64,000 nt of DNA, taken from Thecamonas trahens ATCC 50062 (Eukaryota > Protista > Apusomonadida). The notes under the pieces were generated by a model. That model saw only the letters and a list, made by a program, of their open reading frames with translations. It did no database searches and was not told where the DNA came from. Positions within the stretch are counted from its first letter, which is position 1. Each line of letters opens with the position of its first letter. This document shows, piece after piece, positions 41,969 to 52,511 of this stretch. The position numbers and the translations under genes were made by a program. The stretch spans positions 186,001-250,000 of the forward strand of contig NW_013657676.1 of assembly GCF_000142905.1 (NCBI RefSeq). The letters are read 5' to 3'.

Positions 41969-44712
41969 CAGTGTACGGAACGACGATAGTCATAGTCATT
42001 CGTAGTCAAAAGATTTAGTCATTAGTTAGTCAGTCAAACGTCAATGACTAAGATGGTGATCAAGACGGAGACACCCCTCTCACACGCAGCATGCCCCGTT
42101 CTTCGGCCTTGTGGCAGCTTGTCACGCACCAGAACAGAGAGGCTCCTTGCTGCAGGCTCTGCGGCAAGCAGATTAGCCTCAACAGTTTCAAGTCGACCTC
42201 AAATATCAAAAGCCACTTCCGAAACGCCCACAGCGAGGTGCTGTCGGCGCTGGACGTTGATGTCCCCACGTCCAGCCAGCAGCTGCAGGCGTACTTCCCC
42301 TCGGAAGACCGCTTGAAGGCTGCAAAGCCGCGCGTTGCGGAATACGCGCTCAAGAGCGTGCTGTACAAGCACCGCTCGTTTGCGTCGATCGAAGACCCGT
42401 ACCTCGCCCACATGTTCGCTGTCGCAGTGGGTTTGAGTGCGACGAGCGTGCGCAAGATTCTACCGTGCGAGAAGCACCTGCGTGAGGGTGTACTCGATCG
42501 CGTTTTCCTCAAGTACCGCACCAAGATGCAGGAGCACATTGGGGACGGGCCTATCTCCCTCATCGTCGATGAGTGGACGTCGTCTGGGACGCGCCATACC
42601 TTTCTCGGTGTGTGTGCCCAGTTCTACAGTTCGGGAGTGCGCATGACAATCCCCATCGGGTTCAAGGCGCTCACCGCCGATCTCATGAACGCTGTTCGCT
42701 CAACGTCTGACGACAGCGCCGAGTACGACACCACATATCTCTCCGCCAACGCCGAGAATCTCGCCAAGGTGGTGAAGCTCTGTGTGACAGAGTTCGGGAT
42801 TGACTGGGTCCAGGTAGTCGCCTTGTCTAGCGACACAACGGCGCTCATGCCCCGGATGACAAAGCGCTTCCTCGAACTCCCGTGGCATCCATGTCTCTCC
42901 CACCGCATTCAGCGCATCGTCGGTGACGTGCTCAAGGCGGTACAGGCTGACAGTGAGCTGGATCCTGCCTTGGTGCAAACAGACTTGGTCTCGAGCCGTG
43001 ACACGGCCGTACTCGAGATGGGCGGGGTAGGCGAGGACACGGACGACGAGGACGTCGAAAACGAGGATGGGTTCTCGGAGGTGGCATCGTTGTCGTCGTC
43101 AGAGTGGCCGACGCTGAGTGATACCGTTGCATCCGATGACTTTGCCTCTGCCCCGCTCGTGGGAAGCACTGACGCAATTTCTAAGCTGCGCCGCCTTGTC
43201 TCTTTCATCTCTCGCTCGTCCAAGGCCAAGCGCACGATGCGCCACTTCATCAACAAGAAGAACATCGAGGCTACGCACGCATACAAGTCCGCGCTGAACT
43301 CATATGAGATGGATGTCCAGCTTGGTCAAGTAACCGTGGATGACAAACCGTCTCCACCCGTCCTGGTAACATACACGTCGTTGCGGCCGGACGTGAGTAC
43401 TCGCTGGGGCTCGACGGTGACTATGCTGGAACGGGCGTCGAGGATGAAGGATGCCGTGGATTTTGTTTCGACTGAGATCGCGGGTGCCCCGGCTAAGTTG
43501 ACCGCGAGCGAGTGGGACGAGGTACATGACGCTGTGGAGGTACTCCTCACGATCAACAACTCGTGCGTCATGTCTCAGACGTCCGATATGTCGTCCTCCC
43601 TTTCGCTCCTTACGATGGTGGGGATTGTGGACGATCTGGCAGAGCTCAAGATCAACAACGAGGATATCCCTAGGATCCAACAGCTGTGCGACATCGCCAC
43701 CCAGGCAGTGTACAAACAGGTTGCGTACTTGTACAAAGAGGATGCGTGCCTCTTTGCTCTCCTTATTGACACGACTGTCACCAAGGACGACCTTATGTAT
43801 GTCCAGGGAGTTGTCGCCGACGCCAACAACTCGCTTGGTGTGCGCCATCTGGCGACCGCTGCTGAGGTCCACCATGACATGTGGCGTCGCTTGGCAGACG
43901 TCCTTGAGCCCAAGCTCCTGGACATTCTATCCACGCTCCCGTCGCATACTGCGGCGTCATCGAGCGGAGCGAGCAACACGCTGCCGCAAGAATCGCGGGA
44001 CCCCACGTACTTTTCCCCGAGTATGTCTGCTGCCGGTGGGCCATCCAAGGTGGTAATGGCTGAGCCGGCTTCATCGCCACAGGCGCGCTCGCGGATGGCC
44101 GCGGAGCGCGAGGCGCGCGCTCGTAACATTGCCAAGCGCGAGAAGAACGCGGGGAAGCGCCTGCGCGCGAAGAGCGTTGATGAGGTTCGCGGCTGCAAGG
44201 TGCGAAAGATGACGGTGAACGATACGCCTGCGTCTGTGGCTTCGTTCAGCAACTACAAGCTCGTCGAAGTGTTCTGCAAGGTTCTCACGGCTACGTTGTA
44301 CAACAGTCGGCTAATCTCTACCTCTTCAAGTTTGTCCGTAGGCGACGTGTTGGCTAAGTTTGAGGACGTGTGCGTCGGTCTCGAGTCTCGCAAGAACTGG
44401 AACCGCAAGGCTGACGTACGGCGGATCCAGGTGCTGTGTGCGAGGTTCCGCTTGTGGGGCCAGGGGATCCTTCTTCCATCGGCCTCCGCTGCCAGCGTCG
44501 AACGGCTCAACTCGGTGGCGACAGACATGATGACGAGGAAGCGGAACCGCCTCTCGGCTCTGCGCGCCGAGAAGATGATGCTCCTGCGTGCATGGATGCT
44601 TTTCGACTTTGAGCTGACGAAGAAACTGTAGTGACGATACGCATCAGCTGTTAGTCATTTAGTCAGTCATTAGAATCAGTTAGTTAGTCACAGTAAGCCG
44701 TTCCGTTCACTG
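41969..44712 (+). mobile_element. full-length autonomous hAT DNA transposon (2744 bp)
   Basis: TIR CAGTGTACGGAACG (41969-41982) vs reverse complement of 44699-44712 CAGTGAACGGAACG (13/14 match); perfect 8-bp TSD; TAGTCA subterminal repeats; intact transposase ORF. Confidence 0.96.
42091..44631 (+). CDS. hAT transposase (BED finger, DDE, hAT dimerisation domain), 846 aa
   Basis: CRLC..STSNIKSHFRNAH; LIVDEWTS; SSDT; CLSH (CxxH); TRWGST; ASAASVERLNS..RNRLS. Confidence 0.94.
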   Translation: MPRSSALWQLVTHQNREAPCCRLCGKQISLNSFKSTSNIKSHFRNAHSEVLSALDVDVPTSSQQLQAYFPSEDRLKAAKPRVAEYALKSVLYKHRSFASIEDPYLAHMFAVAVGLSATSVRKILPCEKHLREGVLDRVFLKYRTKMQEHIGDGPISLIVDEWTSSGTRHTFLGVCAQFYSSGVRMTIPIGFKALTADLMNAVRSTSDDSAEYDTTYLSANAENLAKVVKLCVTEFGIDWVQVVALSSDTTALMPRMTKRFLELPWHPCLSHRIQRIVGDVLKAVQADSELDPALVQTDLVSSRDTAVLEMGGVGEDTDDEDVENEDGFSEVASLSSSEWPTLSDTVASDDFASAPLVGSTDAISKLRRLVSFISRSSKAKRTMRHFINKKNIEATHAYKSALNSYEMDVQLGQVTVDDKPSPPVLVTYTSLRPDVSTRWGSTVTMLERASRMKDAVDFVSTEIAGAPAKLTASEWDEVHDAVEVLLTINNSCVMSQTSDMSSSLSLLTMVGIVDDLAELKINNEDIPRIQQLCDIATQAVYKQVAYLYKEDACLFALLIDTTVTKDDLMYVQGVVADANNSLGVRHLATAAEVHHDMWRRLADVLEPKLLDILSTLPSHTAASSSGASNTLPQESRDPTYFSPSMSAAGGPSKVVMAEPASSPQARSRMAAEREARARNIAKREKNAGKRLRAKSVDEVRGCKVRKMTVNDTPASVASFSNYKLVEVFCKVLTATLYNSRLISTSSSLSVGDVLAKFEDVCVGLESRKNWNRKADVRRIQVLCARFRLWGQGILLPSASAASVERLNSVATDMMTRKRNRLSALRAEKMMLLRAWMLFDFELTKKL

Positions 44713-44720
44713 TCCGCAGC
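44713..44720 (+). repeat. right 8-bp target site duplication TCCGCAGC
   Basis: Identical to 41961-41968. Confidence 0.95.
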
Positions 44721-44779
44721 CGGACCGAGCCTGCGTGCTGATGGCTGAGCGCGACGGAAAGGATGGCGCCGAGCACTAG

Positions 44780-44849
44780 GAACGAACGAACGAAAGAAGG
44801 AATGAACAAACGAAAGAACGACCGACCGAACGAACGAACGAACGAACGA
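44780..44849. repeat. degenerate (GAAC)n tetranucleotide array
   Basis: aacgaacgaacg.. upstream of WAVE. Confidence 0.75.
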
Positions 44850-44979
44850 TGGCACCCAAAAAAAGGCAACGGCTGGGAAGAAGACGACGGACAGACACGA
44901 CAAGGACGGAGGACGGGGAGGGGGGGGGGGGGGGGAGGAAGGGAAAGCCGGTCACACTTTACTTCGGCAACCAAATAGG

Positions 44980-46745
44980 ATGACCATTGTGAAGCGGCAC
45001 GTGTTCTCGACAGAGCACTATGTGCGGTATGCGACAACGACGGGCGGGGCGTCGCTGCTGCAGGAGATCTCGCAGACGCACTGCGTCGGCCTTATCCACC
45101 AGCTCTCGTGGCTGGCGGGCTTTGCTGGCGAGCTGTTCAACGAGCTGTTCAAGGAGGCAGCGTCGACGTTTGAGCGGATTCAGGCGCTGCAGACGCGGAC
45201 GTCTGTGGCGACTGAGCTCTGCTTCCGGTCCAAGGAGATTATGGTGGAGATGTCGACGTCTTCGCTCGTCTCCAACCCGGCGGTGCAGACATCGTGGAAG
45301 GAGAACGGGGTGCAGAGCTGGAAGCAGCAGCTGCTCCTGCCGACCTCGCGGCCGCCGTCAATTGTGGCTGCATTTGAGGCGGCGTCGGCGCCGCCGGCGT
45401 TCGATCTCCTCGACCCGTTCACCGACGACCAGACGCCGGGTGGGGCCATGAAAAAGTACACCAACCCGGACTTCTTCATCGAGCAGTGGGTCAAGCTGCT
45501 GATGGAGCAGCGCGAGAAGGCGATTGCCGAGCGCAAGGCGCGGCGCAAGAACCGCAAGAAGAAGAAGAAGGCCGGCGACAAGGAGGCCAAGGTAGAGGCC
45601 AAAAAGGTCAAGGTCAAGGAGTTCAAGAACCTCGACATTGGCGTCAAGGTCAAGGAGAAGCGCGAAAAGGTGCCGTACGACGACCACGTTGCCCGCCCGC
45701 AGCTGGTCCTCGACGAGGATGGTCGCGAGCACATGCAGTTTGTCATGCTCCCGCCCGGCGAGTACCGCGAGTTTGCCGTCGCCGAGCAGGTTGCTGTCCA
45801 GGAGGTCGAGGTTGTGCTAGAGAATGCACCTACTGGCGCGACCTCGCTCAACGTCGACGGCGCCCTGACCGCCGATGCCACTGCCGAGGAGGCGGAGGCT
45901 GCTGCTGCTCTCGCTGCCGAGGGCCACGCCTCGGTCGTCAAGGACGGCGGCGCGTACGTGCCGCCTGCCGGTGGCTCGTCATCGGCTGCCGCCGCGCCGC
46001 CGCCACCACCGCCGCCTCCGNNNNNNNNNNNNNNNNNNNNNNNNNNNNNNNNNNNNNNNNNNNNNNNNNNNNNNNNNNNNNNNNNNNNNNNNNNNNNNNN
46101 NNNNNNNNNNNNNNNNNNNNNNNNNNNNNNNNNNNNNNNNNNNNNNNNNNNNNNNNNNNNNNNNNNNNNNNNNNNNNNNNNNNNNNNNNNNNNNNNNNNN
46201 NNNNNNNNNNNNNNNNNNNNNNCCACCGTCGGGGGGGAGGGGCGGCCCGGCTCGCCGTCGCCCCCCACGTCCTGCAGGAAAGAAATTATTGTGGCCCGCC
46301 GGCGCCTCGCCGCCGCCCCCTTCGGGGAGGCGACCGGCGACACGCCGACGCGCCCGCGGTCGGGAGGGTCTCGGTGGCCCGCCGCGCCCCCACTCCGCCG
46401 GCGGACGGTTCCGCGCCGACCCGCGCGGCGCCGGCTGCTGGTGGTCGCTCCAACCTGCTCGCCTCGATCCAGTCGGGCGCCAAGCTCAAGAAGGTGGACC
46501 GCCCCGAGCCCAAGTCGCGCGCCGCGCAGGAGCCCTCGCTCCTCGACCAGATCCGCAAGGGTACCTCGCTCAAGAAGGCGTCGGAGCGCAAGCTGCCCGA
46601 GCCCAAGCCGTCGACGACCTCGGCCGGCGGCATCAACGTCGCCGCCCTCATGGCTGCCATGAACACCCGTCGCGCCGTCATCGACGACGACGACAGTGAC
46701 GACGACGACGACGACTGGGACGACGACTCGGACGACGGCTGGTGA
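44980..46745 (+). CDS. SCAR: SCAR/WAVE Arp2/3 activator (spans the gap; frame after the gap unreliable until ~46400)
   Basis: WHD VGLIHQLSWLAGFAGELFNEL..ERIQAL, PPAFDLLDPF..KKYTNPDFFIEQW; basic region; poly-Pro; two WH2 motifs; C region; acidic tail ending DDGW. Confidence 0.92.
46021..46222. other. assembly gap (202 N) in the WAVE poly-Pro region
   Basis: N run. Confidence 1.
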
Positions 46746-46846
46746 TCAGCGTATGGCCGCCCCGGCCACTGCGGTGACGTGTGTGAGTTCAATGAACATA
46801 GCGCGAGTTTTGCCGCCCCCGCCCGAGCAGCCAAGCCAACAAGCCA

Positions 46847-47578
46847 TCACAGGTCGGAACGGCACTGGGCAATGACCGACTTGGGAATCTTGGCCGGCTC
46901 GTAGCACTTTCGCTTGAGGATGTGGACAAACTGGTCGAGGTCGATGGTGGTCGACGGGTTGAGGCGGACGTCGGCGTGGAACTTGTCGTAGTCATAGTCG
47001 CCCTCGTCGGGCCAGTGGCGCGCATCGAGGATCATGAGCTTGAGCTCGTCGTGGGTGCCCTCGGCGTCGAGGGCGTCGGCGACAGCGCGCAGATTGTCGT
47101 ACGAGATGGAGCCGGAGCGGTCGGCGTCAAAGAGGAGAAAGGCCTTGCGGAGATCGTCCAGCGAGTCCGGGGCATTGATCTTGCGGGTGACAACCTCCAG
47201 AAACTCCGAAAAGTCGAGAGTGCCCGAGGCGTCCGTGTCGACGGCGGCAATCATGTGATCGATCTCGTCGGTCGACGGCTCAAAGCCGAGTGCCCGCATG
47301 GCCACCCGCAGATCGAGGGCGTCGATGGTGCCGGTGCCGTCGGCGTCAAAGAGGTCAAAGGCCTCGCGGATCTCGTTCTTCTGCTGCTGAGTCAGCACAA
47401 TCTGCCGCCGCTTCCGCTGCACGCCCTGCTCCGTCTCGACCTTGGCCTTCTTCTCGCGCTTCTCCTTCCGCCGCACTTCGCGGACAGAGTACTCGGAGAC
47501 GTACTCCTTCTTCTGCCGGTGCTGCTCGCGCTTCATATCCTCCACAGGGTCGTACCCCTTGCCCATCTCGAGCGACAT
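46847..47578 (-). CDS. CETN: centrin/caltractin-like EF-hand protein
   Basis: [37 protein letters not shown]; [13 protein letters not shown]; [21 protein letters not shown]. Confidence 0.85.
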   Translation of the reverse strand: MSLEMGKGYDPVEDMKREQHRQKKEYVSEYSVREVRRKEKREKKAKVETEQGVQRKRRQIVLTQQQKNEIREAFDLFDADGTGTIDALDLRVAMRALGFEPSTDEIDHMIAAVDTDASGTLDFSEFLEVVTRKINAPDSLDDLRKAFLLFDADRSGSISYDNLRAVADALDAEGTHDELKLMILDARHWPDEGDYDYDKFHADVRLNPSTTIDLDQFVHILKRKCYEPAKIPKSVIAQCRSDL

Positions 47579-47982
47579 GACTTCAGCAGCCTGCGGTGAG
47601 AGGGATGTGGCGCGGAGGTGTGGGTGTGGGGTGTGGGGTGTGAGGTGTGGGGTGTGGGGTGTGACCGGTGCGGTCGGTTGCCGAGCGCGCGGTTGGCAGA
47701 CCCCACAGCAGGCGGAACCGCTTGGCGGCGGTGCGGTGCGAACGAACCGATCGATCGAGCTGACGCCGACGGCGACGACCTGCACAGGCCAGAGACTATC
47801 GAGGCACCCCACCCCACACGGCAGGCTCTGTCGTCAGGCGACAAGGCAAACACTCCACCCCCCCCTCCCTCCCTCCCCTCCCGCACCTCTTACACCCCCC
47901 ACCTCCTACACCCCCCACCTTCTACACCCTCTCACCCTCCCCCAGTTGCCCCCCCTCTGTCGGCTGCAACACCACAGCTGCC

Positions 47983-49174
47983 ATGTCCGGACAGGACCCG
48001 TTCTACTCGGTCAAGGAGTACGTGGCATCTCCTCNNNNNNNNNNNNNNNNNNNNNNNNNNNNNNNNNNNNNNNNNNNNNNNNNNNNNNNNNNNNNNNNNN
48101 NNNNNNNNNNNNNNNNNNNNNNNNNNNNNNNNNNNNNNNNNNNNNNNNNNNNNNNNNNNNNNNNNNNNNNNNNNNNNNNNNNNNNNNNNNNNNNNNNNNN
48201 NNNNNNNNNNNNNNNNNNNNNNNNNNNNNNNNNNNNNNNNNNNNNNNNNNNNNNNNNNNNNNNNNNNNNNNNNNNNNNNNNNNNNNNNNNNNNNNNNNNN
48301 NNNNNNNNNNNNNNNNNNNNNNNNNNNNNNNNNNNNNNNNNNNNNNTAGGGTCTGATAACGAGCTTCAGCCCTTCCCCACTTCCCTTCCTCCCCTCCCAC
48401 CTCCACCCCCCCCCCCCCCTCCCCCTCTCTGCACACAGTGAGGTTCAGAACTCGATGAAGACCGCGCTGGCGCTGTACGAGTCGTGGCAGCGCCTGCTCG
48501 ATGCGGGCTCGCGGGCCGACGCCGAGGAGATGCAATGGACAGACAACGAGCTGAAGAACACACTCTCGTCGATCGAGTGGGACCTGCAGGATCTGGAGGA
48601 GACCATCCTCATTGTGGAGCGCAACCCAGACCGATTCCAGCTCTCGCAGGCTGAGATCTCCTCGCGCAAGGACTTTGTCGACGAGACCCGGGCCAAGCTC
48701 AAGCGGCTTCAGGACCATCAGCTCGATGCGCGAGCTCAGGTGCAGTCGAGTCAACGCGCAGCGCTGATGTCGGTGGGCGGAAGCGCTGGCGGCGCCCGTG
48801 GCGGCTCCGGCTCGTCAAAGTATGCCCGCCTCGACGACGCTATCGCCGCTGACAACAACCGCTTCGTCGGCGATCAGATGGCGCAGCGGCAAGAGGTCAT
48901 GGCCCAGCAGGACCTCGAGCTCGGCACGGTCAGCGACGCTGTCTCGCGCCTCAAGCACATGGGCGAGGCTATCGGCGACGAGCTTGACGCCCAGGCCGAC
49001 ATCCTCCTCGAGTTTGACGCCGACGTCGACCGGGTCGGCTCGCGCCTCGCCACCACCACCGCCAAGCTCAACAAGCTCCTCGCCTCCATCAAGGACAAAA
49101 AGTCGATGTGCACCATCGTCTTTCTCATCCTCACGCTCACCGTCCTTCTCGTCCTCATTGTCACAAGCAAGTAG
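47983..49174 (+). CDS. STX6: syntaxin-6/Tlg1-type Qc-SNARE; exons 47983-48017 and 48439-49174
   Basis: Spliced DPFYSVKDEVQ; ELKNTLSSIEWDLQDLEETILIVERNP.RF; SNARE QQDLEL..IGDELDAQ; C-terminal TM. Phase-2 GTACGT..CAG intron spans the gap. Confidence 0.92.
48035..48346. other. assembly gap inside the STX6 intron
   Basis: N run. Confidence 1.
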
Positions 49175-49279
49175 TTCCGTACCTTCCACTTGTCCCCCCG
49201 CTCGTCGTCCCCTCATCCCAGAGTTGAACTCTAGCTTGCTACACACTTCTCTTCCCACCGCCACCCCACCGCCTCCGCC

Positions 49280-49978
49280 ATGTTCCCACGCCAGCCAGCC
49301 CAGCCGCCCAGCCCGTACGCCACCCCCCTGCTGCCGTACTCGCCATACCACGTGGCATATACTACCACCCAGGCGAGTGTGTCGGACGCCGCCTGGCTCC
49401 GCCCGCACGAGTACCTGCGCGCGCTCCCGGGTGCCGACACGGCGTTGCCGGCGTCATCGCCTGCGCTGCCGCTCTCACCGCCGCCGCGGCGCCCGCGGGC
49501 GTACTCGCCGTTCTACGGGGCGTATTCGGTGCGGTCGGGCCTGGCTTCGGATGCAGGCGCGTCGCCGCCGTCGCCGTTGGGCATCGGCGAGTGGCGCGGG
49601 TCGGTGCCGAGCCGCGACGCGGCGTACCACGCCAAGACCAAGATCATTCCCAAGGTGCCACGAGCGCGATCGGTGCCACTCGTGGCGCCCGCAGCACGCC
49701 CCTCGCCGTCATGGACCATGCCACCAGACGAGAAGGCCGAGCTTGCGCCCGCGGCGCAAGCTCAGGCGCTGCTGGCGATCGGCGAGTGGGGCTCGCCGCG
49801 GACGCCGTCCGAGTTTCCGCCGTCGCGCCCGAGGGCGCTCGACTACAGCGCATGGGAGGCATATCCGGCGCTCAACACGCCGCCGCCACCGTCTGTGCCC
49901 GAGGCGCCGCTGCCGAGCGCGGTCCGCTTCGACTCGCCGTACGTGACCCGGACGCTCTCTCGATCTCCCGGGGTGTAG
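49280..49978 (+). CDS. hypothetical Pro-rich protein (232 aa)
   Basis: CCGCCATG start after a C-rich leader; GC3-rich codons; internal repeat L.IGEW.(G)S. Confidence 0.5.
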   Translation: MFPRQPAQPPSPYATPLLPYSPYHVAYTTTQASVSDAAWLRPHEYLRALPGADTALPASSPALPLSPPPRRPRAYSPFYGAYSVRSGLASDAGASPPSPLGIGEWRGSVPSRDAAYHAKTKIIPKVPRARSVPLVAPAARPSPSWTMPPDEKAELAPAAQAQALLAIGEWGSPRTPSEFPPSRPRALDYSAWEAYPALNTPPPPSVPEAPLPSAVRFDSPYVTRTLSRSPGV

Positions 49979-50078
49979 CTCGGGCAGCTGCTTGCGGGCC
50001 AGGCCTTGGACGCCTGGCTCACGTTCTCAAGACGATCAAGACGGTACTTTACATTGCAGGCGGGCCGCAAGCAGCCGG

Positions 50079-50432
50079 CTACGCTTTGGCTGCCGCCGCC
50101 GCTTTGACCGACTGCGTTTCGATCTCGTGGCGCAGCGCCGGCAGGATGATCTCGCGCATGTCGGGGATGGAGGCCCAGCCCTCGCAGTGGATCTCATCGT
50201 CGCGGGGATCAAAGACCCTAAACCACCACTTGTCACCCTTGAAAGCATCGCGGCGAATGCCCTTGTCCTTGACCAGCTCGTAGCGGATGGGCCGGTCGAA
50301 AACCTTGACGGTGATCATCCTGATCTCGTCCGGCGTTGGCATGGGCATGGCCGCCATGACCTCGTCCGTCTTGTCCGGATCGTAGTCTGCTCTGCTACGG
50401 ATCTGCGGCGGCTCCCACAGCGGCTCGGCCAT
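50079..50432 (-). CDS. hypothetical protein (117 aa)
   Basis: Protein-like composition, GC3-rich codons, (CA)n upstream on its sense strand. Confidence 0.6.
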   Translation of the reverse strand: MAEPLWEPPQIRSRADYDPDKTDEVMAAMPMPTPDEIRMITVKVFDRPIRYELVKDKGIRRDAFKGDKWWFRVFDPRDDEIHCEGWASIPDMREIILPALRHEIETQSVKAAAAAKA

Positions 50433-50518
50433 GTTGTGCGTGTGGTGCGGTGTGTGCCGTGGCCTTGGGGGAGTCTTGGGCTTGGGCGCCGGGGTTCGAG
50501 AAGAGGTAGGGGATTGCC

Positions 50519-50685
50519 TGTGTGTATGTGTGTGTGTGTGTGTGTGTGGCGTGTGGCGTGTGTGTGTGTGTGTGTGTGTGGTGTGTGTGTGGTGTGTGGT
50601 GTGTGGTGGTGTGTGTGTGTGTGTGTGCCTGTGCCTGTGCCTGTGTGTGTGTGTGTGTGTGTGTGTGGCGTGTGGCGTGTGTGTG
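50519..50685. repeat. imperfect (GT)n microsatellite
   Basis: Seen directly in the divergent intergenic region. Confidence 0.9.
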
Positions 50686-50783
50686 GGACGGTGGTCGGGG
50701 GGTCAGGCGGTCGGTGGTCAGGCGGTGACGAGGCGTGGCCAAAGAGGCCATTTTTCTCTCCAAAGGCCTGCGGGACCGACGCC

Positions 50784-52423
50784 ATGGGAGGGAAGAACTC
50801 CAAGGGCAAGAAGAACAAGAAGAATAAGGGCAAGCAGAAAGCGGATGCACCTAACACCTCCGGGCCTGCCGAAGACCTGTCCGACTCGTCTGACGACGAC
50901 GTCATCTACACAAAGACTGGCGGCAAGGTCTGCGCCCAGGACTTTGACATGCTCAAGGTCATTGGCAAGGGCTCTTTCGGCAAGGTACGCTTCGGCATCG
51001 GCCTGTACACACTGCCTGCCCCTCCCCCCCCCCCTCCCCCTTCCTTCTCCCCCTTCCCCCTCCCCTCCCCCTTTTGTCCTACCCATAGCTGAACCGTCCC
51101 TCCCTGTGCGTCCCTGCCCTGTGGCTGTCCTCGTAGCCCCTTCTTTCCCATAGCCTCCCTAGCACGCGTGGCATGGCGATCACGCCCTTTTTCGGAGAAA
51201 GAGGGCGTGTGAGGGAAGGGGTGGGGTGGGTGGGTCGGTGGGGGGGGAGGGGGGGAGGTGCAGAGTGTATGACAGGAGGCGTGAGGGGCATGGAAAAGGG
51301 GAAATGCGAGGTGAGGGGGGAGAGGGGGAATGCGTGGGGAGGGGGGAGAGGGGGAGGGGGGGAGGGGGGAGGGGAGAGAGCAAGACAGGAACTCACAGGA
51401 GACTTGCGGTGGTGGTGGTGGTGGTCGGACACTGGCGGGCGGGTGGACTGGCGGGCGGATGGTGGATAGGTGATGCAAGTGCGCAAGAAGGACACCGGGC
51501 AGGTGATGGCGCTCAAGATCCTCAAAAAGTCGATGCTCATCGAGCGCAACCAGGTAGAGCACACCATGTCTGAGCGGCAGATCATGCACAAGATCTCGCA
51601 CCCGTTCATCGTCAACCTGCTGTATGCGTTCCAGACACCGGAGAAGCTGTATCTGGTGATGGAGTATGTCAACGGTGGCGAGCTGTTCTTCCACCTCAAG
51701 AACGAGGGCCGGTTCTCGGAGGAGCGCGTCAAGCTGTACGTGGCGGAGCTCTCGTGTGCGCTCGGCCACCTCCACTCGTTTGACATTGTGTACCGCGACC
51801 TCAAGCCGGAGAACATCCTGCTCGACCACGAGGGCCACATCAAGATCACAGACTTTGGCCTCTCGAAGCAGTTTGAGTCGCCCAACGAGACGACCGAGAC
51901 TTTTTGCGGCACGCCCGAATACCTCGCCCCCGAGATCCTGCAGGGCAAGGGCCACGGCAAGGGCGTCGACTGGTGGTCGCTCGGCACGCTCATGTACGAG
52001 ATGCTCACCGGCCTCCCGCCGTTCTATTCGCAGAACGTCAACGTCATGTACCAGAAGATCCTCGGCGGCACGCTGACGTTCCCAGACATCATTTCCGCCG
52101 ATGCGCGTGAGGTGCTCGAGGGCATGCTCAACCGCGATCCCGACGCTCGGCTCGGCTCTGGGCCGTCTGGCTTTGAAGACGTCAAGAAGCAGGTCTTCTT
52201 TGCAGACCTCGACTGGGATCGCGTCCTCACCCGCGCCTACGAGCCCGAGTTTGTTCCCAAGGTCGTCGGCGACGACGACACCTCGCAAGTCGATCCGGTC
52301 TTTACCGCCGAGCCCGTCGTCGACACACCGGTCCAGTCGTCAGACATTGCTGCTGCGTCGGATGCCAACGCCTTTGGCGGCTTCACCTTTGTCGGCGGCG
52401 ACGACTCGGTGCTCAAGTCGTGA
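50784..52423 (+). CDS. AGC Ser/Thr kinase (SGK/Ypk/PKBR1-like); exons 50784-50984 and 51470-52423
   Basis: DFDMLKVIGKGSFGK|VMQVRKK, YRDLKPENILL, DFG, TFCGTPEYLAPE, VDWWSLG, hydrophobic motif FGGFTF; MGGKNSK start; intron GTACGC..TAG at 50985-51469. Confidence 0.93.
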
Positions 52424-52511
52424 CGGCTAACACCAAGCCGAGAGAAATGAAGCAGTAGTACGTTTACAGTGCAGAGCCGAGGTCAGGCGTGGCGCGAACT
52501 TGGTGTTGCCA

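Noticed and set aside
46223-46430. Apparent frameshift or pseudogenisation of WAVE after the gap
   Set aside because: Contig-edge GC-rich sequence next to an estimated gap; both termini are intact.
4086-47578. A functional Ca2+ signalling gene cluster (IP3R, ARMH2-like, TM receptors, centrin)
   Set aside because: The genes are interspersed with unrelated housekeeping genes; chance co-location cannot be excluded.
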